This document shows, in pieces, positions 24,903 to 35,590 of a DNA stretch of 64,000 bases; within the stretch, counting starts at the first letter, position 1; each line of letters opens with the position of its first letter. Source of the stretch: an uncultured archaeon. GTDB lineage: Archaea; Thermoplasmatota; Penumbrarchaeia; JASLWR01. Made by a program: the position numbers and the translations under genes. The notes below the pieces were generated by a model. The model was not told the DNA's origin, made no database searches, and saw nothing but the letters and a program-made list of their open reading frames with translations. The stretch lies in contig CAYFHS010000013.1 of assembly GCA_964342815.1 (NCBI GenBank), positions 32,001 to 96,000 on the forward strand, in the 5' to 3' direction.

Positions 24903-26847
24903 GAAGGGGGGATACAGAGCCTGGAAGGGTAAATCCAGGGGACTCGTATACCGAATATTTTCCATAGCAAACTGCGAGCTGCGGTATCGGCTGAAAAGAC
25001 CGGCAATCATAGTGGTTCTGGCCATACTTGGGCTCTATACCCTGATAACCGGACTGGTGCCGGTTCTCGGCAGCATCTTTGGCGGAGAGAATATGTTTGT
25101 TTACGACCCCAATGTCGATTTCAACCAATATCAGGTGCCCGATGTTGTAATGAGCGGGGTGACCATCTCAAACACCAGTGATACACTAAAGCAAATCGAT
25201 GCCGGCCTTGAACTCTTCGACCTTGGGATTGAGCCCGGGCAAACGGCAGTTTACCAGCTGGAGATCACCAACGCGGGGACTCGTTCGGGTACGTTTAACG
25301 TAATGCTCGAAGGATATTCGGGCAGCAGTTCTTGGGATGTGCGACTAATAGAAGGGAGCATTTCATTTGACACGCGAAGTTATACCCAACCGGATGCGGA
25401 AGTTTATGAAAATGACTCTCGAACCAGACAATTCGATGAAAAAAGACCGGGCTCCGAAAGCAACCGGGACATATCCGATAACCAAAATTTCGGTACCCTT
25501 ACGTTGGACCTGGAGGCCGGTTCATCGAATACCGTATCTGTAAAAGTATACCTCAGCGAAAACAACATTGGCTTCGACACACTGGCTCTATCGATATCGG
25601 TTGAAAACATCATCGATTGGAACGATTATGATGTGGCCTCACCCACCTATTACCGGACGAAACTCAGATTCGATCTATTCACCAATATTACATGGCCTGC
25701 GTCATCCGAGAAACCATTCATGGAAATGAAATTGACCGGGCTCAAGGACTCCTCTGGGAAATGGTCCCAGGACCGAATAAATCAGCTCTACGATAAACCT
25801 CCGAAGGTGAAATGGGAGGATACTTTAGAATTTACGTTCAGCATTAAGAATACGGATGACGAGACCATTTACGTAAAACGCCTGCTGGACCCGGATTCAA
25901 ATAATTATGATTACTACTATGAAGATGATTTCGGCGATCCATTCAGGTCCGGCGGAAATTCCAACCAAGAGGAGACAAAGGAAATAAAGAGCGGCGGGAC
26001 CGAAGCTTTTACCGTGTATGTAACTCCTTATATCGGGAAAAAACCCGGCAACGGTTATCACCAACTTATCTTCGTTGCCAGCGATATAAATGGTATCTTT
26101 GACGAGGATATCATGCAATCGTATCAGGAACGCGGAGGCGGGGGGAAGAACCTGAGCTTTTCGTCTGTTCCCTACATTGTTAAAAGTTACCATCTTCCGG
26201 TGCAGGATGATACCGCAGAATACTTCTTCAACACCTTCTACACAGGCGGGATCAACATTTGGGTCATATTAATCGCCGTGCTCGGAGGATCAGGTTTGAT
26301 CGCTGACGACAGGGCCAACAAGACCCTGCCCCTGTACTACTCGAAAGCAATACCCAAATATGGTTATCTCGCAGGCAAGTTCCTGGGTTTGGCCTCGTTG
26401 ATCGCTCTGGTGACTATTGTCTGGAACAACCTGTGGTTCACCGCCATCATGTTAATGGGAGGGTTCAGCTGGCAGTTCTTCACCTCGCACATGTGGATAA
26501 TGGGAGCTTTTACCCTGTACGGCCTTATCATCACTTTCTTCATGTCGGCGCTTGTCCTGGGAGCCTCCTCTCTTGCAAAGAACCGTTATATCGTGGGCGC
26601 ATCGGTATTTGCATTGTTTCTCATAAGCGCTTTAATGGGTACGCTCATCTCGGTGGTAACAAGGGAGGATAACTATCTCATGTTATCGCCCTCTGCAGAT
26701 TTTATTTTTGTCGGATATGCTCTGTTCGATCTTGGAGCCACCCCGGTAGACTGGGTACACGCCCTGATGGCTCTCGCCGGGATTTTTGTCGTCTTTATTG
26801 GAGTTCTATACTGGCAGCTCGTACAAAGGGAGGTGAGCACCGAATGA
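24874..26847 (+). CDS. ABC-2 type permease with a large extracellular Ig-like insert
   Basis: TM1, then about 400 aa soluble region (YQLEITNAG..., FTFSIKNTD), then IADDRANKTLPLYYSKAI...YLAGKF and five more TMs. Confidence 0.85.
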   Translation: MQGVVPVPIEKGGYRAWKGKSRGLVYRIFSIANCELRYRLKRPAIIVVLAILGLYTLITGLVPVLGSIFGGENMFVYDPNVDFNQYQVPDVVMSGVTISNTSDTLKQIDAGLELFDLGIEPGQTAVYQLEITNAGTRSGTFNVMLEGYSGSSSWDVRLIEGSISFDTRSYTQPDAEVYENDSRTRQFDEKRPGSESNRDISDNQNFGTLTLDLEAGSSNTVSVKVYLSENNIGFDTLALSISVENIIDWNDYDVASPTYYRTKLRFDLFTNITWPASSEKPFMEMKLTGLKDSSGKWSQDRINQLYDKPPKVKWEDTLEFTFSIKNTDDETIYVKRLLDPDSNNYDYYYEDDFGDPFRSGGNSNQEETKEIKSGGTEAFTVYVTPYIGKKPGNGYHQLIFVASDINGIFDEDIMQSYQERGGGGKNLSFSSVPYIVKSYHLPVQDDTAEYFFNTFYTGGINIWVILIAVLGGSGLIADDRANKTLPLYYSKAIPKYGYLAGKFLGLASLIALVTIVWNNLWFTAIMLMGGFSWQFFTSHMWIMGAFTLYGLIITFFMSALVLGASSLAKNRYIVGASVFALFLISALMGTLISVVTREDNYLMLSPSADFIFVGYALFDLGATPVDWVHALMALAGIFVVFIGVLYWQLVQREVSTE

Positions 26848-27824
26848 AACGGGGCAGCGCCAGTACTACGGATAAAGAGAAACTGCAGGAGGGCATCTTT
26901 CTCAACAACGTATCGAAATGGTACGGTCAGGTTATGGGTCTCATCGACGTGACGGCATTCATAGGTAAGGGAGTGACCGGCCTTCTGGGCCCAAACGGCG
27001 CGGGAAAGAGCACTCTAATCAAGCTCGTAACCGGTCAGATACGTCCAAACAAGGGAACCATCACAGCCTTTGGAATGCCGGTATGGAACAATCCACAGTA
27101 TTACCGAATGGTGGGTTACTGCCCGGAATTCGAGAACATGTACGAATGGCTTACCGGCCTCGATTTCGTAACGTACATGGTGAGATTGAACGGTTACGGA
27201 AAGAGCGAGGGGGAGAAACTTGCACGGCAGGCAATAGAGACCGTGGGAATGAAAAAGGAGTCGGGTCGTAAGATAGCCACGTACAGCAAGGGAATGCGGC
27301 AGAGGATCAAACTGGCCCAGGCCATAGCTCACAAACCGAAGATACTCTTTCTGGATGAGCCCTTGGCAGGGACCGACCCGGTAGGCAGGGTGGAGATAAT
27401 CAATCTGATCAGGCAGCTTGGAGACAAAAAAAGCGGTATTTCGGTGGTGGTTTCCAGTCATATCTTACACGAGATCGAGCGTATGACGAAACGGGTTTTA
27501 ATGGTACACAAGGGGCGGCTGCTCGCCTGGGGGGATATGAACGAGATCCGGGACAAGCTGGATCGCTTCCCACACACACTCTCCATCAGCTCCGCCGAGG
27601 ATCGGAGACTGGCAAGGCACCTTATCAATATGCCCGAGGTCAGTTCCGTCAAGGTGGATGATAAAGAATCCGTATTGAGAGTTAAGATATTGAAGCCGGA
27701 TAATTTTTACTCGAAACTACCGAAAATCCTTGTGAAGGAGAAGATATCAATCGACCAGCTAGGCAGCCTCGACGAGGACCTGGAATCAATCTTTGCATAT
27801 CTTACGGGAGGTGTTGGAAAATGA
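26844..27824 (+). CDS. ABC transporter ATP-binding protein
   Basis: GPNGAGKST, YSKGMRQRI, LFLDEPLAGTDP, SSHIL; ATGA overlap with the upstream gene; GGAGG SD. Confidence 0.93.
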   Translation: MKRGSASTTDKEKLQEGIFLNNVSKWYGQVMGLIDVTAFIGKGVTGLLGPNGAGKSTLIKLVTGQIRPNKGTITAFGMPVWNNPQYYRMVGYCPEFENMYEWLTGLDFVTYMVRLNGYGKSEGEKLARQAIETVGMKKESGRKIATYSKGMRQRIKLAQAIAHKPKILFLDEPLAGTDPVGRVEIINLIRQLGDKKSGISVVVSSHILHEIERMTKRVLMVHKGRLLAWGDMNEIRDKLDRFPHTLSISSAEDRRLARHLINMPEVSSVKVDDKESVLRVKILKPDNFYSKLPKILVKEKISIDQLGSLDEDLESIFAYLTGGVGK

Positions 27825-28591
27825 ACGGTGAGAATCGTGGAAGTTCCGGCTCGATCCTACCGGTGATCGTGTCTACCACCTTTCGGCAGCTTCTTTTCCG
27901 AAAGCAGATATTTTTGCTGATATTTTTCATGCTTCTTCCAGTGGTTGTGGCTCTGGTATGGCTTGGGAACGTGGAAGATCCCGAACCCATGGTTTTTTTC
28001 TCCGAGCTCTACAACAACCTGTACCTTCACATCCTCCTTCTTCTGGTATCGTTGATACTGAGCGTAAATATATTCAATTCGGAGTTCAAGGACCGCACAA
28101 TGGCCTATCTCTTCACCCGGCCGGTTCCCAGATGGAATATATATGTCGGGAAATTCATTGCCGTCCTGCTGGTTCAGTTCGTGGTTGTTCTGCCCTCGGT
28201 GCTTATTACGTTCTGGATAATATTTGCAAAAGGGGGGCCCGCAGGTTACTGGGATGACCTGGGCGGATTTCTAGTAGTTTCCATGATGGCTATTTTAGTA
28301 TACTCCTCCTTCTTTGTCATGCTGGGCATCAAGCTCAAGTATCCGCTTCTGATAGGGCTTTTCGTGGCTTTCATATGGGAGATAGTGATCTCGGCCCGCA
28401 GTACCACAATAGCAAAATTGACGGCAATGTATCACCTACAGTCCATAGCACATGGGGTGACCGACGAAGGGTATTTCGCGTACTTGCTCAATTATGGCGA
28501 AACGGGATCCGCCTTTATTGTGTTATACTGTATTACCGGAGTGATGGCTGGAATTTCCATTTATTTTCTGTACACGAAAGAATTGGAATAA
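27821..28591 (+). CDS. ABC-2 type permease
   Basis: Six TMs; SEFKDRTMAYLFTRPVPRWNIYVGKF. Confidence 0.88.
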   Translation: MNGENRGSSGSILPVIVSTTFRQLLFRKQIFLLIFFMLLPVVVALVWLGNVEDPEPMVFFSELYNNLYLHILLLLVSLILSVNIFNSEFKDRTMAYLFTRPVPRWNIYVGKFIAVLLVQFVVVLPSVLITFWIIFAKGGPAGYWDDLGGFLVVSMMAILVYSSFFVMLGIKLKYPLLIGLFVAFIWEIVISARSTTIAKLTAMYHLQSIAHGVTDEGYFAYLLNYGETGSAFIVLYCITGVMAGISIYFLYTKELE

Positions 28592-28609
28592 TTTTAGATT
28601 AAAACTAAA

Positions 28610-28702
28610 GAGGGCCTGCGACGTAAGAAACGCAGGCCCGACCGCAAATTAAAAAGAAAAATGGGATACTGCGTAATATGAATTGAGGCCCGGCGGCCTC
28701 AA
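28610..28702 (+). repeat. Three-hairpin element, copy 3 (HP1, A-tract and HP2; HP3 absent)
   Basis: GAGGGCCTGCG-N10-CGCAGGCCCG, A-tract, TTGAGGCC-CGGC-GGCCTCAA; preceded by ACTAAA as in copy 2. Confidence 0.72.
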
Positions 28703-28755
28703 AGTGTTCGAAATCCTAAGCAAGCACTATACCCGACACCTGCGCTATTCCAGCA

Positions 28756-30321
28756 TTATCCTTTTATTTCATCCCGGATATAAACAAACATCTTTTTTGG
28801 ATTGAAAACGTCAAGAAAATATCTAAGATCGTTTTTTGTAATCTCCCGAATTATATACAATATTAAAAAGTGCGCGGCCAGGCCAACAAGAAAATAAATT
28901 GGAACCGCAAATAAATATCCAAATTCAGATATCACAGGGGAGATCCATGACAAAACTGCGTCTATTGCCTCCGGTAAAACTCTCAATGGGAATATCAGAT
29001 TTAGAATTAAAAAGAAAACGGCCAATATTGTTCCTGACAATACAAACCGGATCATTCGCCAGTTTGGTTTTGTCCTTGTAACAATATATTTCCTCACAAT
29101 AAATCGAACGAGTATAAAAATGGCTACAGACGAGATCAATGTGGCCGCTGCTGCGCCAGTACCTTTCATACCCGGCAAATTAATTCCAAATAACGAATTG
29201 GGTATTAATAGTACCAAAAAAAGTCCGTTTAAAATGCCTTGAATAATTCCAACAAAAGCATAGATCCATGGCCGATCAGTACCCAGTATTTGAGATATAT
29301 AGGGTACGTTCAAAGCAGTGAACAGGGCCGATATAGCCATAATTCTTATCATGGGAACCGCTGGATGAAAAGAGTCACTTAGAAAGATGATTACAAGGTC
29401 TTTTGGGAATAGTATGAGAATGACAATGGCGGGTAATAAAAAGAGGGCGATGTATTTTTCTGCCTTGTAGGTGTACTCAGAGATACGAGAGTATAATTTT
29501 TCGGAATGAAATTTAGAGAATGTTGGAAATAATAATATTCCCACCACGAAAATTAAATTCGTAGATGAAATCATTCTCCAGGCGGCAAAATAATTACCAA
29601 CATCTTCTGGAGACCAGAAAAATCCAATAATTACCCGATTAATACTTACGGATGCCGCTAATCCCACAATAGTTGCAATAAAAAGTGGAATAGCAAATCG
29701 AATATAGCTCTTCATGAGAGGCCACGAAGGTCTTTTGATCCTGTATCCTTTGAACATGAGCAGGTAGAAAATAGTTTGAAACAAAATACTGAAGAGATAG
29801 GTCCCCGCTAGTCCGTATATCCCAAGTTGATTAATTACTACAAATACCACCGCACCCATCCTGACCACATTGAAAATCAGTTTCCCGATCTCGATCTTGG
29901 CGATCTCCAATCTTGCTTCGAAGGTGCTGATGAAAATGTCATTCAAATTTTCCAATATCAGAAATATGATTAGGAAGTATATGACATTGCGATGTTCAGG
30001 AGATTCAAAACCACTTCCAAATACTAATAATGTTATGAAAAGAAAAATCAAGGATATTACAGTCAACAATATCTTTCCAGCAATATAAGTTCCAATGCAT
30101 TTCCCCAGATCTTTTCCCTCGGAAATTCGTTTAATATGAGCACTTTTTAAAAGTTTGGTAATTCCAAGCCACATGCCAATAAATGCTAAGCTAAATGCCA
30201 CTATACCATATGAAAAATCGGCATCATCCAGGCCTCTCACGATATAGAAAATCATCAGAGAAGATAGAACTCCGATGATAATTGCATTCAATACCATTAA
30301 TAGCATCTTTCGTCCTATCAA
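28756..30321 (-). CDS. Polysaccharide/oligosaccharide flippase (Wzx/RfbX, MOP superfamily)
   Basis: About 14 TMs; YIRFAIPLFIA, RVIIGFFWSPEDVGNYFAAWR, LFPTFSK; AT-rich. Confidence 0.88.
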   Translation of the reverse strand: MIGRKMLLMVLNAIIIGVLSSLMIFYIVRGLDDADFSYGIVAFSLAFIGMWLGITKLLKSAHIKRISEGKDLGKCIGTYIAGKILLTVISLIFLFITLLVFGSGFESPEHRNVIYFLIIFLILENLNDIFISTFEARLEIAKIEIGKLIFNVVRMGAVVFVVINQLGIYGLAGTYLFSILFQTIFYLLMFKGYRIKRPSWPLMKSYIRFAIPLFIATIVGLAASVSINRVIIGFFWSPEDVGNYFAAWRMISSTNLIFVVGILLFPTFSKFHSEKLYSRISEYTYKAEKYIALFLLPAIVILILFPKDLVIIFLSDSFHPAVPMIRIMAISALFTALNVPYISQILGTDRPWIYAFVGIIQGILNGLFLVLLIPNSLFGINLPGMKGTGAAAATLISSVAIFILVRFIVRKYIVTRTKPNWRMIRFVLSGTILAVFFLILNLIFPLRVLPEAIDAVLSWISPVISEFGYLFAVPIYFLVGLAAHFLILYIIREITKNDLRYFLDVFNPKKMFVYIRDEIKG

Positions 30322-30490
30322 GTATTCACCGTCGTGGATTTGCTATGAAACCTGTTATGGATTTACACAATATCAAACTTTCGAAGGATTTACTATAAAT
30401 CATATTTTTACAAAATAATTGTATTAAACTGAAGGCATTACTCCGTAAAATATAACCGTGTGTACGTTCATCGAGATTTTAGGTAGAAAA

Positions 30491-30727
30491 ATGGCTGTTA
30501 AAACCATCACTATCGATATGAAAGCCTACGATCTGCTTGTGAGCCTGATGGACGAGGGAGATTCCTTCAGCAATGTAATCAAGAAGCACTACAACCGTCC
30601 ACGATCCATGGAGGCGTTCGAGCGGGCGCTAGAGAAAAATATACTGTCTGGGGATTGTATAGGATATATCGAGGGCATATCCGAAAAACTCCGTGCAGGA
30701 AGGCCTAGTTTTGAGAAAATTCCGTGA
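30491..30727 (+). CDS. Archaeal VapB-type antitoxin (DUF217/COG1753-like), no adjacent toxin
   Basis: MAVKTITIDMKAYDLLVSLMDEGDSFSNVI matches the KTITI...AY..L......ESFS.VI family pattern. Confidence 0.8.
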   Translation: MAVKTITIDMKAYDLLVSLMDEGDSFSNVIKKHYNRPRSMEAFERALEKNILSGDCIGYIEGISEKLRAGRPSFEKIP

Positions 30728-30838
30728 ACGAGATTGGAAACTTATTGAGATACCATTTAGAACAATAAAAAAGGGTCTCGGTGTGCCTCACGACACACCA
30801 AACGACCATGGGCCTCGAATAGTTTTTCGAATATTAAA

Positions 30839-31249
30839 TCACAGCTTTCCCAGGTTCTTGTGAAGTTTAACAACAGCTTCAACTGCCGATTTAGCCCTAT
30901 CGATCCTCTCCTCCGCTTGAAGCCTGCTCATTCCCGGACCGGTTATACCAAGACCCACCGGCTTGTTCATATCAAGCGACAGGTCGATAAGCTTCCGGGA
31001 CGCGTGTCCCATAACCACCTCGTCATGACCGGTTTCTCCCTCGAGCACGGCTCCAAGTGCCACCACGCCGTCAATGTCCTTCAAACTCAGTAGCTTCTTA
31101 GCTGCAAGGGGTATGTCGTAACAACCGGGTACGGTAACAAGTTCGGTCACCTCGGCCCCCAAGAATTCCGCATGCGCCTTGGCCCTTTCCACCATCATGG
31201 ATGTTATCTCATAGTGGAACTCTGCCACAACTATTCCTATTTTCATCAT
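30839..31249 (-). CDS. ribH: 6,7-dimethyl-8-ribityllumazine synthase
   Basis: IGIVVAEFH, VPGCYDIP, ALGAVLEGETGHDE, PVGLGITGPG; GGAGG SD before ATG 31249 (ORF-track N-terminal extension is spurious). Confidence 0.93.
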   Translation of the reverse strand: MMKIGIVVAEFHYEITSMMVERAKAHAEFLGAEVTELVTVPGCYDIPLAAKKLLSLKDIDGVVALGAVLEGETGHDEVVMGHASRKLIDLSLDMNKPVGLGITGPGMSRLQAEERIDRAKSAVEAVVKLHKNLGKL

Positions 31250-31283
31250 TCTGCCTCCATTTTTTTGGTCGAATCGTAAATTA

Positions 31284-32233
<950 letters not shown>

Positions 32234-32269
32234 GTATCTCCCGCTCTTATTGATGCAAACAAGTATAAA

Positions 32270-33010
32270 TTACTTATCGATGGAATTTTTGTAGACTTCC
32301 CAACTGTCGATCACTTCGGCGCCCTCCAACCATACGAATCCGTTATCCGAAGCATATTTCCTTGCGGAATCCTTCGAACGGGCGTTACCGTCGTCACCCA
32401 TCATCTCGCAGATCGTTGATGAAGCTGTGAGACCGGCCATTACCATCATGGCCGTTGACAGCTCCGTGTGACCCTGCCTCTTGGTCAACAGTGATTCGGT
32501 ACAATTCAGAAGGTGGATGTGCCCGGGGGCCCGGAATGCTCGGCCCATGGCCTTGGGGGCCTCCTCGCCGTCCATGTTCTCCATTTTATCCAGCAGTTCG
32601 GCAAATCTCGTAACTGTAAGGGCCCTGTCATTATCCGTGATCCCCGTAAAGGTCTCCCGGTGATTTATGGTCAGGCTGAAAGATGATATTTCGTCGTATG
32701 GTATGTCATCGGGTATCATATATCCAAGCAGTGGAATATCCCTGCTCATCACCCCGAATATCTCACTTAGAAACGGCATTCCAAGCTTTCCCGCCGCCTG
32801 ATGGGTCAAAGTGGTACATATCAGCCCTCCTCCATCCTTTCTCATGCGGCGAATGTCCCCGGGCTTCACCAGTTGTGATGCAATCACGAAATCGGTCTCT
32901 TCTTCCCTGCCGTCCCTGTCGTAGATCAGTACGAATTTTCCTTCCCGTAACGAGGAAAGCGCTTCGTTCATCCGGGATGATATCTTTTCATGAAACATCA
33001 TTAACACCAA
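32270..33010 (-). CDS. ribB: 3,4-dihydroxy-2-butanone 4-phosphate synthase
   Basis: YDRDGREEETDF, MRKDGGGLIC, SFSLTINHRETFTGITDNDRA, FRAPGH, RQGHTELS, ICEMM. Confidence 0.93.
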   Translation of the reverse strand: MVLMMFHEKISSRMNEALSSLREGKFVLIYDRDGREEETDFVIASQLVKPGDIRRMRKDGGGLICTTLTHQAAGKLGMPFLSEIFGVMSRDIPLLGYMIPDDIPYDEISSFSLTINHRETFTGITDNDRALTVTRFAELLDKMENMDGEEAPKAMGRAFRAPGHIHLLNCTESLLTKRQGHTELSTAMMVMAGLTASSTICEMMGDDGNARSKDSARKYASDNGFVWLEGAEVIDSWEVYKNSIDK

Positions 33011-33149
33011 ATATATTTGGACATACCGAAGAGGTGAACTTCAACTTGATATAATATATTTTAGTAATTACCAATATTTTGGTACAAAATCCGAACTTAT
33101 CGGAAATATATATCTGAACTATTGCGTTTTTGCGTATGGTTTTCATGAG

Positions 33150-33240
33150 GAGGGCCGCCGAGCACCAGCACCCGGCGGCCCGTTCAAAAAAAAAAAAAAT
33201 TGAAGGAGGGCTTGCCCTCTGAGTCGGCGAAGAGCCGACC
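33150..33240 (+). repeat. Three-hairpin element, copy 4, between divergent genes
   Basis: GAGGGCCGCCG-N12-CGGCGGCCCG, poly-A, GAGGGC-TT-GCCCTC, GTCGGC-N5-GCCGACC. Confidence 0.82.
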
Positions 33241-33382
33241 ATAAATTTTATTCCTTCTTATTTCGAAATCCTGAAAGGTTATGCGAAGTTCGGGATAGAC
33301 ATCATTCGGTATCATTTTATATAACAAGAAAGATGTATTTGTTAATGTAATTTGATATTTTAGATGGAGCGTAGGCAGAAAG

Positions 33383-34030
33383 GTGAATTTTTTGGAAAAA
33401 AGATGGACTATCAAATGGTATTGGAATATTCTTATTATATTTGTTGGCTTTGTGATTTGTGGTTCTATGATTTGGTTCACCTTTCCATTTGATCCCGATC
33501 CAATAGAACCATGGTATCATTATCAATATAAGTTGTCAATTTCAACAAATCAATCCGGGAATTATTCAATAATTGTACCTGCGATAGTCCATAATCAGAT
33601 TTTTTATGATAATCAATTCAATTATTCCTCTTCTAGAAATCTTTTCAATCGATTGAATGAGTTTAACATAACGAATGGAGGTAAAGACACTTCAATCGAG
33701 AAAGTAATAACACCCGTGGGCCGTGGTTTGCGAATATCCGGTTCAAATAATATAAGTTTAGAGATAAACATAACTGGTAATGATTGGGATTCACATAGAG
33801 ATGCAGAAAAAATAATGTTGGGTACAACATATAATAACAATTCTATCAATCGTTATGATTATAAATGCTGGATATTCTTTGACAATAAATCTGAAGTCCA
33901 AGAACTTAACTTTCGATTACGTTTATATGTGGACCATTATTTTGAGAATCGCACGATAATCATAAACACGGATTTTTATGAACATGGTTGGCTTTTAATC
34001 CCTGGTGAATATTCGGTACTATATATTTGA
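33383..34030 (+). CDS. Hypothetical AT-rich membrane-anchored protein
   Basis: 215-aa ORF with N-terminal TM and an Asn-rich beta-type ectodomain. Confidence 0.7.
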   Translation: MNFLEKRWTIKWYWNILIIFVGFVICGSMIWFTFPFDPDPIEPWYHYQYKLSISTNQSGNYSIIVPAIVHNQIFYDNQFNYSSSRNLFNRLNEFNITNGGKDTSIEKVITPVGRGLRISGSNNISLEINITGNDWDSHRDAEKIMLGTTYNNNSINRYDYKCWIFFDNKSEVQELNFRLRLYVDHYFENRTIIINTDFYEHGWLLIPGEYSVLYI

Positions 34031-34108
34031 TAATATTTTCCAGTGTAAAACAAGTTTCTAACTACGCTTAAAGAGAGATGATGACAAAATCAAACACTCG
34101 CGCTTTTT

Positions 34109-34139
34109 GGGGGGGCCGCCCCCCCTGGTCGGCCGACCA
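34109..34139 (+). repeat. Truncated element copy (HP2-like G7/C7 hairpin plus perfect TGGTCGGCCGACCA palindrome)
   Basis: HP3 arms identical to other copies, loop deleted. Confidence 0.55.
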
Positions 34140-34427
34140 TTCGTTGTTTTGAGCTTCTCCTTTTTGTGTCGTATACGAGGGCGGTGCCCATTACATTCCG
34201 TAAATCCTTTCGGTCTTTACTGCATCCTCGGAAACCCAACGGGTTTCCTACAGATCCGGCTTTATTGCGCCCGGCCTCGGAAAAAAGAAATATATGAACG
34301 GTGTATGATTTCAGGATAACATAAATCCATCGAAAATTCGAATTGGAAATAATAAATGTCACGACCGAAAACTATAATTTCTTTCCATCAATAAACCTTG
34401 AACTATTAAACCTATAACGGTGCAGCC

Positions 34428-35171
34428 ATGAACCGTATAAGCGTCATCCTCGTCAGGCCCAAATACCCGGGCAATATCGGTGCAGTGGCAAGGGTAATGT
34501 CAAATTTCGATGTATCCGACCTCATTATGGTGGATCCCATCGTCATCGACCAGGAGGCGCGCAACAGGGCAAAACATGCCAATTTCATCCTCAATAACTC
34601 CCGTACGGTGGATACTCTGGATGCCGCCATTATGCAAACAGACCTGAATATAGGCACAACCGGTATAAAAAACACCCGTCAGACAGGACATATTCGCAAT
34701 CCACTGACCCCCGAACAGTTGTTCGAACGTTTCTCCGAGGACGCGGGCCGGATAGGGCTGGTCTTCGGTAGAGAGGATACGGGTCTGCTGGACGAGGAAT
34801 TAAAAAAACTGGACCTGCTGATATCGTTGCCCACCAGCAAACAATATCCGGTGATGAACCTTTCTCACGCGGTAGCGGTGGTTCTCTGGGAGTTCTTCAG
34901 GAGGGGGGGTATACCGGGGAAATTTATCGACGGTCTCAGAGATACCAGCAGTTTCGAGCGGGAAAAAATGGTGGAGAGTTTCATGGAGCTGATGGAGGCC
35001 ATCAATTATCCCCCCCATCGGCGGGAGAATACAGGGATACTTTTCAGAAGGATGATCGGTCGCTCGATACCAACGAAATGGGAATTCCACACGCTTATGG
35101 GTGTGTTGACGGGGGCAGTGAGACAGATAAAAAGGAAAGAGGGGGGGGACTCCCGGGAAGAGGATCCTTGA
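34428..35171 (+). CDS. trmJ: SPOUT tRNA (C/U32)-2'-O-methyltransferase, TrmJ/TrmH group
   Basis: ILVRPKYPGNIGAVARVMSNF, IGLVFGREDTGL, YPVMNLSHAVAV. Confidence 0.88.
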   Translation: MNRISVILVRPKYPGNIGAVARVMSNFDVSDLIMVDPIVIDQEARNRAKHANFILNNSRTVDTLDAAIMQTDLNIGTTGIKNTRQTGHIRNPLTPEQLFERFSEDAGRIGLVFGREDTGLLDEELKKLDLLISLPTSKQYPVMNLSHAVAVVLWEFFRRGGIPGKFIDGLRDTSSFEREKMVESFMELMEAINYPPHRRENTGILFRRMIGRSIPTKWEFHTLMGVLTGAVRQIKRKEGGDSREEDP

Positions 35172-35296
35172 AAGAAATAGCCTTTCAAGAATTCGTGAAA
35201 CGAAAAATAATATTGGAAACAAAAGATATAAACACTATTTCATTAATTACACCGTCCTTCCCATTAAGTTCTAAATCGATAATTGAGATGGTTCGA

Positions 35297-35590
35297 ATGA
35301 AGATTGAGAAGATCATGAAGACAAAGAACGAGATACAGATAGCAGTCACCGATATCAACGAAACCATGTTGTACGCCTTGAGAGAAAGATTGATCTCCGA
35401 CAATATGGTGGAATTCACTAACTTCTTCAAGGGACACCCTCTTTTACAGGTCCCCAACATCTACGTTAAAGTATCCTCCGGGAAACCCCACACTGCCCTG
35501 AAAAGAGCCTCTAAGTCACTGGCAAACGATTACAAGAAATTACGCGACCGGTTTTTGAAGGCATGTGCCAAGTATGAATCGGAAAATTGA
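35297..35590 (+). CDS. rpoL: DNA-directed RNA polymerase subunit L (Rpo11)
   Basis: MKIEKIM...NETMLYALRERL...VEFTNFFKGHPLL...P.IYVKVSSGKPHTALKRA. Confidence 0.85.
   Translation: MKIEKIMKTKNEIQIAVTDINETMLYALRERLISDNMVEFTNFFKGHPLLQVPNIYVKVSSGKPHTALKRASKSLANDYKKLRDRFLKACAKYESEN

Noticed and set aside
30774-30807. GGTC-GGTGTG...CACACC-GACC hairpin after an A-tract as a further element copy
   Set aside because: Resembles HP3 only loosely and sits between convergent genes, where a plain terminator explains it; not counted
34090-34362. 90-aa minus-strand ORF between the AT-rich gene and trmJ
   Set aside because: No motif, overlaps palindromic repeat DNA and the trmJ promoter region; likely spurious
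35078-35296. N-terminal extension of RpoL in the ORF track
   Set aside because: Overlaps the trmJ 3' end; RpoL homology starts at MKIEK (35297)
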